DNA from: Bdellovibrionota bacterium
GTDB taxonomy: Bacteria > Bdellovibrionota_C > UBA2361 > CAKMMH01
Direction of reading: 5' to 3'
DNA length: 64,000 bases
Assembly (NCBI GenBank): GCA_034180415.1
Contig: JAXFOK010000018.1
Span: 12,539-76,538 of the forward strand
The notes beneath the pieces are model-generated. The model worked only from the letters and a program-made list of their open reading frames with translations, made no database searches and was not told the DNA's origin. A program made the position numbers and the translations under genes. Shown here piece after piece: positions 61,021-64,000 of the stretch. Within the stretch, counting starts at the first letter, position 1, and the number at the start of each line of letters is the position of its first letter.

Positions 61021-62253
61021 ATGGAAAATAATATACTTAAAAATAGAATTCAAAAAATTAGAAAAGAGCTTTTAAAACAATCAAAAGGTGCTGTGCTTTT
61101 ATTATCAAGTAAGCCTGAAATTATAAACACACGCGACCTTACATTTGATTATAAACAAGACACAAATTTTTATTACTTTACAGGTTCTCATATTAAAAAC
61201 ACACTTATGTTAATTAAAGCAAACGAAGATGAGCCTTTAGTTTTATCCCCACACCAAAGCAAAGAAGAAATTTTATGGCTTGGAGCAAATAAGTCCCCTA
61301 AAAATTTAGCAAAAAAAATTGGTGGAAAATTTATTGAGTGTGATTTAAAAGAAGAAAGTGTGTTTAAATATTTAAAAGAAGCTGACACTCTTTTTTATAG
61401 TTCTTATGAGTATTCACTATCAAATAAAATTGCAAAAAAACTTTTAAAAGAAAATACAAGCACTCTTGAAAGATATAAACTTCCATATAAATTAATTAAC
61501 CAAGATTTTTTAATTACCCCTTTAAGACAAATTAAAGAAGCAAGCGAAATTGAAAATATCAAAAAGGCAGTAAATATTACGTTAAATTCAATTAAGGAGC
61601 TAGAAAATATTTTACGCCCAGGGCTTACAGAGCTTCAAATTAAAAACTTTCTTGAAAATGAATTTAAAAAACAAGGCGCCCTTATTGCATTTGACACAAT
61701 TGTAGCAAGCGGGAAAAATGCAGCAACTCTTCATCACACATGCTCAAATAAAGTGCTTCAAAAAGGCGAAATGCTTCTTTTAGACTTAGGTGCAGAATAT
61801 AATATGTACGCAGCTGATATTAGTAGAACACTTCCTGTTTCTGGTGCATTCTCCCCTCTTCAAGAAGAATTAGTAAAAGGGGTTAAAAAAGCACAAAATG
61901 CTGCAATTAAAAAAGCAAAATCAGGTATTACTTATGGCGATTTCCAAAAAGCAGCAGATTTAGAAATTATAAAACTTTTAAAAGAATTAGGAATTTTAAA
62001 AGGAACAGAAAAACAAATCTTAGAAAAAAATCTTCATAGAGAATATTTTCCTCATAGCATTGGACACTCTCTTGGGCTAGATACTCATGATACAGGAAGA
62101 TTGTTTAAAGATACAGTACTTAAAAAGAATATGGTCATAACTTGCGAACCTGGTATTTATTTTAGTAAAAAGATTAAAAATATTATGCCACTTGGGATAA
62201 GAATTGAAGATGATATACTTATTGGAGATAAGGAAAGTAAGGTAATAGGATAA
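61021..62253 (+). CDS. Xaa-Pro aminopeptidase (peptidase M24B)
   Basis: 410 aa; pita-bread metal-ligand motifs ..LLDLGAEYNMYAADISRT.., ..HSIGHSLGLDTHD.., ..ITCEPGIYF.., ..GIRIEDDILI.. Confidence 0.85.
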   Translation: MENNILKNRIQKIRKELLKQSKGAVLLLSSKPEIINTRDLTFDYKQDTNFYYFTGSHIKNTLMLIKANEDEPLVLSPHQSKEEILWLGANKSPKNLAKKIGGKFIECDLKEESVFKYLKEADTLFYSSYEYSLSNKIAKKLLKENTSTLERYKLPYKLINQDFLITPLRQIKEASEIENIKKAVNITLNSIKELENILRPGLTELQIKNFLENEFKKQGALIAFDTIVASGKNAATLHHTCSNKVLQKGEMLLLDLGAEYNMYAADISRTLPVSGAFSPLQEELVKGVKKAQNAAIKKAKSGITYGDFQKAADLEIIKLLKELGILKGTEKQILEKNLHREYFPHSIGHSLGLDTHDTGRLFKDTVLKKNMVITCEPGIYFSKKIKNIMPLGIRIEDDILIGDKESKVIG

Positions 62254-62319
62254 AGTTTTTAAAAAGAAATATTTTTTATGATTCAAGAATTATAACCTAA
62301 AAAAACTTATTATAATAAT

Positions 62320-62834
62320 ATCATTATTGAAACAAAGAGACTTATTTTACGTAACTTAACACTAGATGATTCAGATGATGTTTTAAGTGGTGTGGCGACC
62401 CCGATGTTACAAAGTTTGTAAGTTATAACACATATAATAATACTAATGAAGTTAGAGAATATCTTAAGTGGGTAATATCTGAAAATTAAAATCCAGATCA
62501 TTTAATCGCAGGAGTAGTAACAAAAGCTACAAATGAATTAATAGGAAGTTGCACTATATGTTACGAAAAAGATAGAGATATCTGGTCTATGGGATACACC
62601 TTTAGAAAAGATACTTGGGGACATGGTTACGCTACAGAAGCTATGCAAGGTCTTATAGATTACATTAAAAAATTTAGGACAATGAGAGGAATTGAAGGAT
62701 GTGTTGTAAATGAAAATCCTGAAAGTCAACGTGTACTTGAAAAATCAGGAATGACATTTCTTAAGGACGTTACACTTTCTAAAATAGATGGTACTCAAAC
62801 CTTTAAAGGAAAAAAATTTCGAAAGATATTTTAG
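62320..62834 (+). pseudogene. GNAT (RimL/YoaA-like) N-acetyltransferase pseudogene: lost ATG, a +1 frameshift near 62370-62395, and an in-frame TAA at 62487..62489
   Basis: Frame 1 gives IIETKRLILRNLTLDDSDDVLS; frame 2 continues WCGDPDVTKFVSYN..EVREYLKWVISEN*NPDHLIAGVVTKATNELIGS..GYTFRKDTWGHGYATEAMQGLIDY..VNENPESQRVLEKSGM.., the canonical GNAT order. Confidence 0.6.
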
Positions 62835-62919
62835 CAATCGTTTTTAAAAATAAAAAAAAGAACAGACAACATTTTCTAAAAAGTGTCATCTGTTCTCCGT
62901 AATTTTGCTGGATTCAGAA

Positions 62920-63276
62920 TTATTTATGAAATCCAGAGAGTTGCTTTTCGCCAAGTGCTCCTGCTTGCCGCAATTCATGAAAATGCTCAAGTGTTACAAG
63001 AACTATTTCAAAGCTTTTGAGTTTGTTACCGAAGGATTCAATTCGGTCAACATTCTCATACACAAAAAAACCTTCTTGCTTGTCGTTCAGAAAACCTGTC
63101 TTAAGCTTCCCATCAACCTCAATTCCATAAAGCTGAGGGGGCCGTCGACGAAATTTGAAACGTCCATAAAACTTAGGAAACTTGTATTTCCCGTTTTTTG
63201 CTCGAAGCAACAAGACATATTCAATATTAGGTTGATTCTTAAACGAAAGCTTGATAAAACACTTCCGCCTATACAT
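62920..63276 (-). CDS. hypothetical basic protein (118 aa) in a GC-elevated patch
   Basis: Better protein-like composition than the overlapping plus-strand ORF 62905..63291; no domain recognised. Confidence 0.35.
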   Translation of the reverse strand: MYRRKCFIKLSFKNQPNIEYVLLLRAKNGKYKFPKFYGRFKFRRRPPQLYGIEVDGKLKTGFLNDKQEGFFVYENVDRIESFGNKLKSFEIVLVTLEHFHELRQAGALGEKQLSGFHK

Positions 63277-63469
63277 AATGTCCTTTCGTAAAAAATGACT
63301 AAAATTGGCTAAAGTGAAAAACCCCTTTATTCTTTTGTATCACATAATTAAAACTTAATAAAACGTATTTTAAATAAATGTTATAACTTTTAGATTTTTT
63401 TTAGTATTTTCATCCTATTTATGAAAAAAACAAAGTTAGAAGTGTTTAAAATAAGATACATATGAGGGG

Positions 63470-63550
63470 GAGCAACCAAAGGCGTACTTATGCTACAGTG
63501 AGGCTTGATCTCCTTAAGATAACGAAGTATTTTTTGATGCATCCTCTCTA
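63470..63550. repeat. GC-rich structured intergenic element, copy B (..AAAGGCGTACTTATGCTACAGTGAGG..AAGATAACGAAGTATTTTTTGATGCATCC)
   Basis: Colinear with copy A (7608..7694). More GC-rich hairpins follow downstream: GCTGTACTA-CT-TAGTACAGC at 63604..63623 and the CGATGCATCG palindrome at 63660..63669. Confidence 0.65.
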
Positions 63551-64000
63551 TTTTTAGGTGCGAGGCGCGATAATTTCAAGGCATTTTAGGGGAGACGAAC
63601 GGAGCTGTACTACTTAGTACAGCGAGTATCGGCTCTCTCTAAAATAACACAGAAATTATCGATGCATCGCCCCTAAAAACAAAAAAAAAGCTGACTTAAG
63701 AACTTATTATTATCCTTCAGCCAGCTCAAACAAACTAAAGAAACTTGTTTTTTACCTCGCAAGTTCCTATATTCATAGGCGTAGTTTGCCCCACCCTTTC
63801 TCTGTATTTGTATTTGCACATATAATTAAATGATAACATCTAAAAAAGGATTCTTTTTTTTAAAAAAATTTTTAACTTTTATGCCAAAAGGTATGAATGT
63901 GTGTGTGTGCGGTAAATAGGAGGAAACTTTTGGCATAAAGTCATTATTTTTTAAATTATCCTCTACATGCATCTACTAACAAGTAATAAAGCAAGCTTTA

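Noticed and set aside
62487-62489. Alternative genetic code (TAA read as sense) to explain in-frame TAA codons in the GNAT and rSAM genes
   Set aside because: Most well-conserved housekeeping genes here (lysS, fabF, the ribosomal proteins) terminate with TAA at the expected positions, so TAA is a functional stop. The affected genes also carry frameshifts, which favours pseudogenisation.
62905-63291. Plus-strand 128-aa ORF overlapping 62920..63276
   Set aside because: Cys/Phe/Leu-rich composition typical of a wrong frame. The minus-strand frame gives a more protein-like basic sequence, though neither could be tied to a known family.

Overview
This is an AT-rich (roughly 27-30% GC) bacterial chromosomal segment, most likely from an anaerobe. 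It carries a trimeric NuoE/NuoF/HydA-type [FeFe]-hydrogenase operon (35715..36233, 33803..35722, 31687..33672, all minus) and an NfnAB-like ferredoxin:NADP oxidoreductase pair.

The housekeeping backbone is clear. It includes the minus-strand run rpsB-tsf-pyrH-frr-uppS-cdsA-rseP-tsaB, plus pheS-pheT, lysS, gyrB, a parE-parC-like topoisomerase pair, fabF, rpsT, csrA, tRNA-Glu(CUC), an ABC exporter pair, and an HU protein with a histone-H1-like tail. No rRNA, CRISPR array, integrase or transposase was found.

Several GC-elevated patches (about 38-45% GC) and many disrupted genes stand out against this backbone. The most interesting is a co-directional minus-strand island at about 36.5-43.4 kb. 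It contains two paralogous, partly decayed modules, each made of a PqqD-like RiPP-recognition protein, a Cys-rich small peptide and an HExxH MA-like metallopeptidase. One module also keeps a radical-SAM remnant. Between the two modules sits a GC-elevated triad of a DapF-family epimerase, a GNAT acetyltransferase and a VanX-like D-Ala-D-Ala dipeptidase. I read this as an undescribed, possibly degenerating RiPP-like or D-amino-acid peptide locus.

Other recurring signals are a dispersed family of GC-rich structured intergenic repeats, a T-depleted repeat-containing tract next to tRNA-Glu, twin perfect palindromes in a divergent promoter region, and several pseudogenes with frameshifts and in-frame TAA codons that suggest ongoing gene decay.
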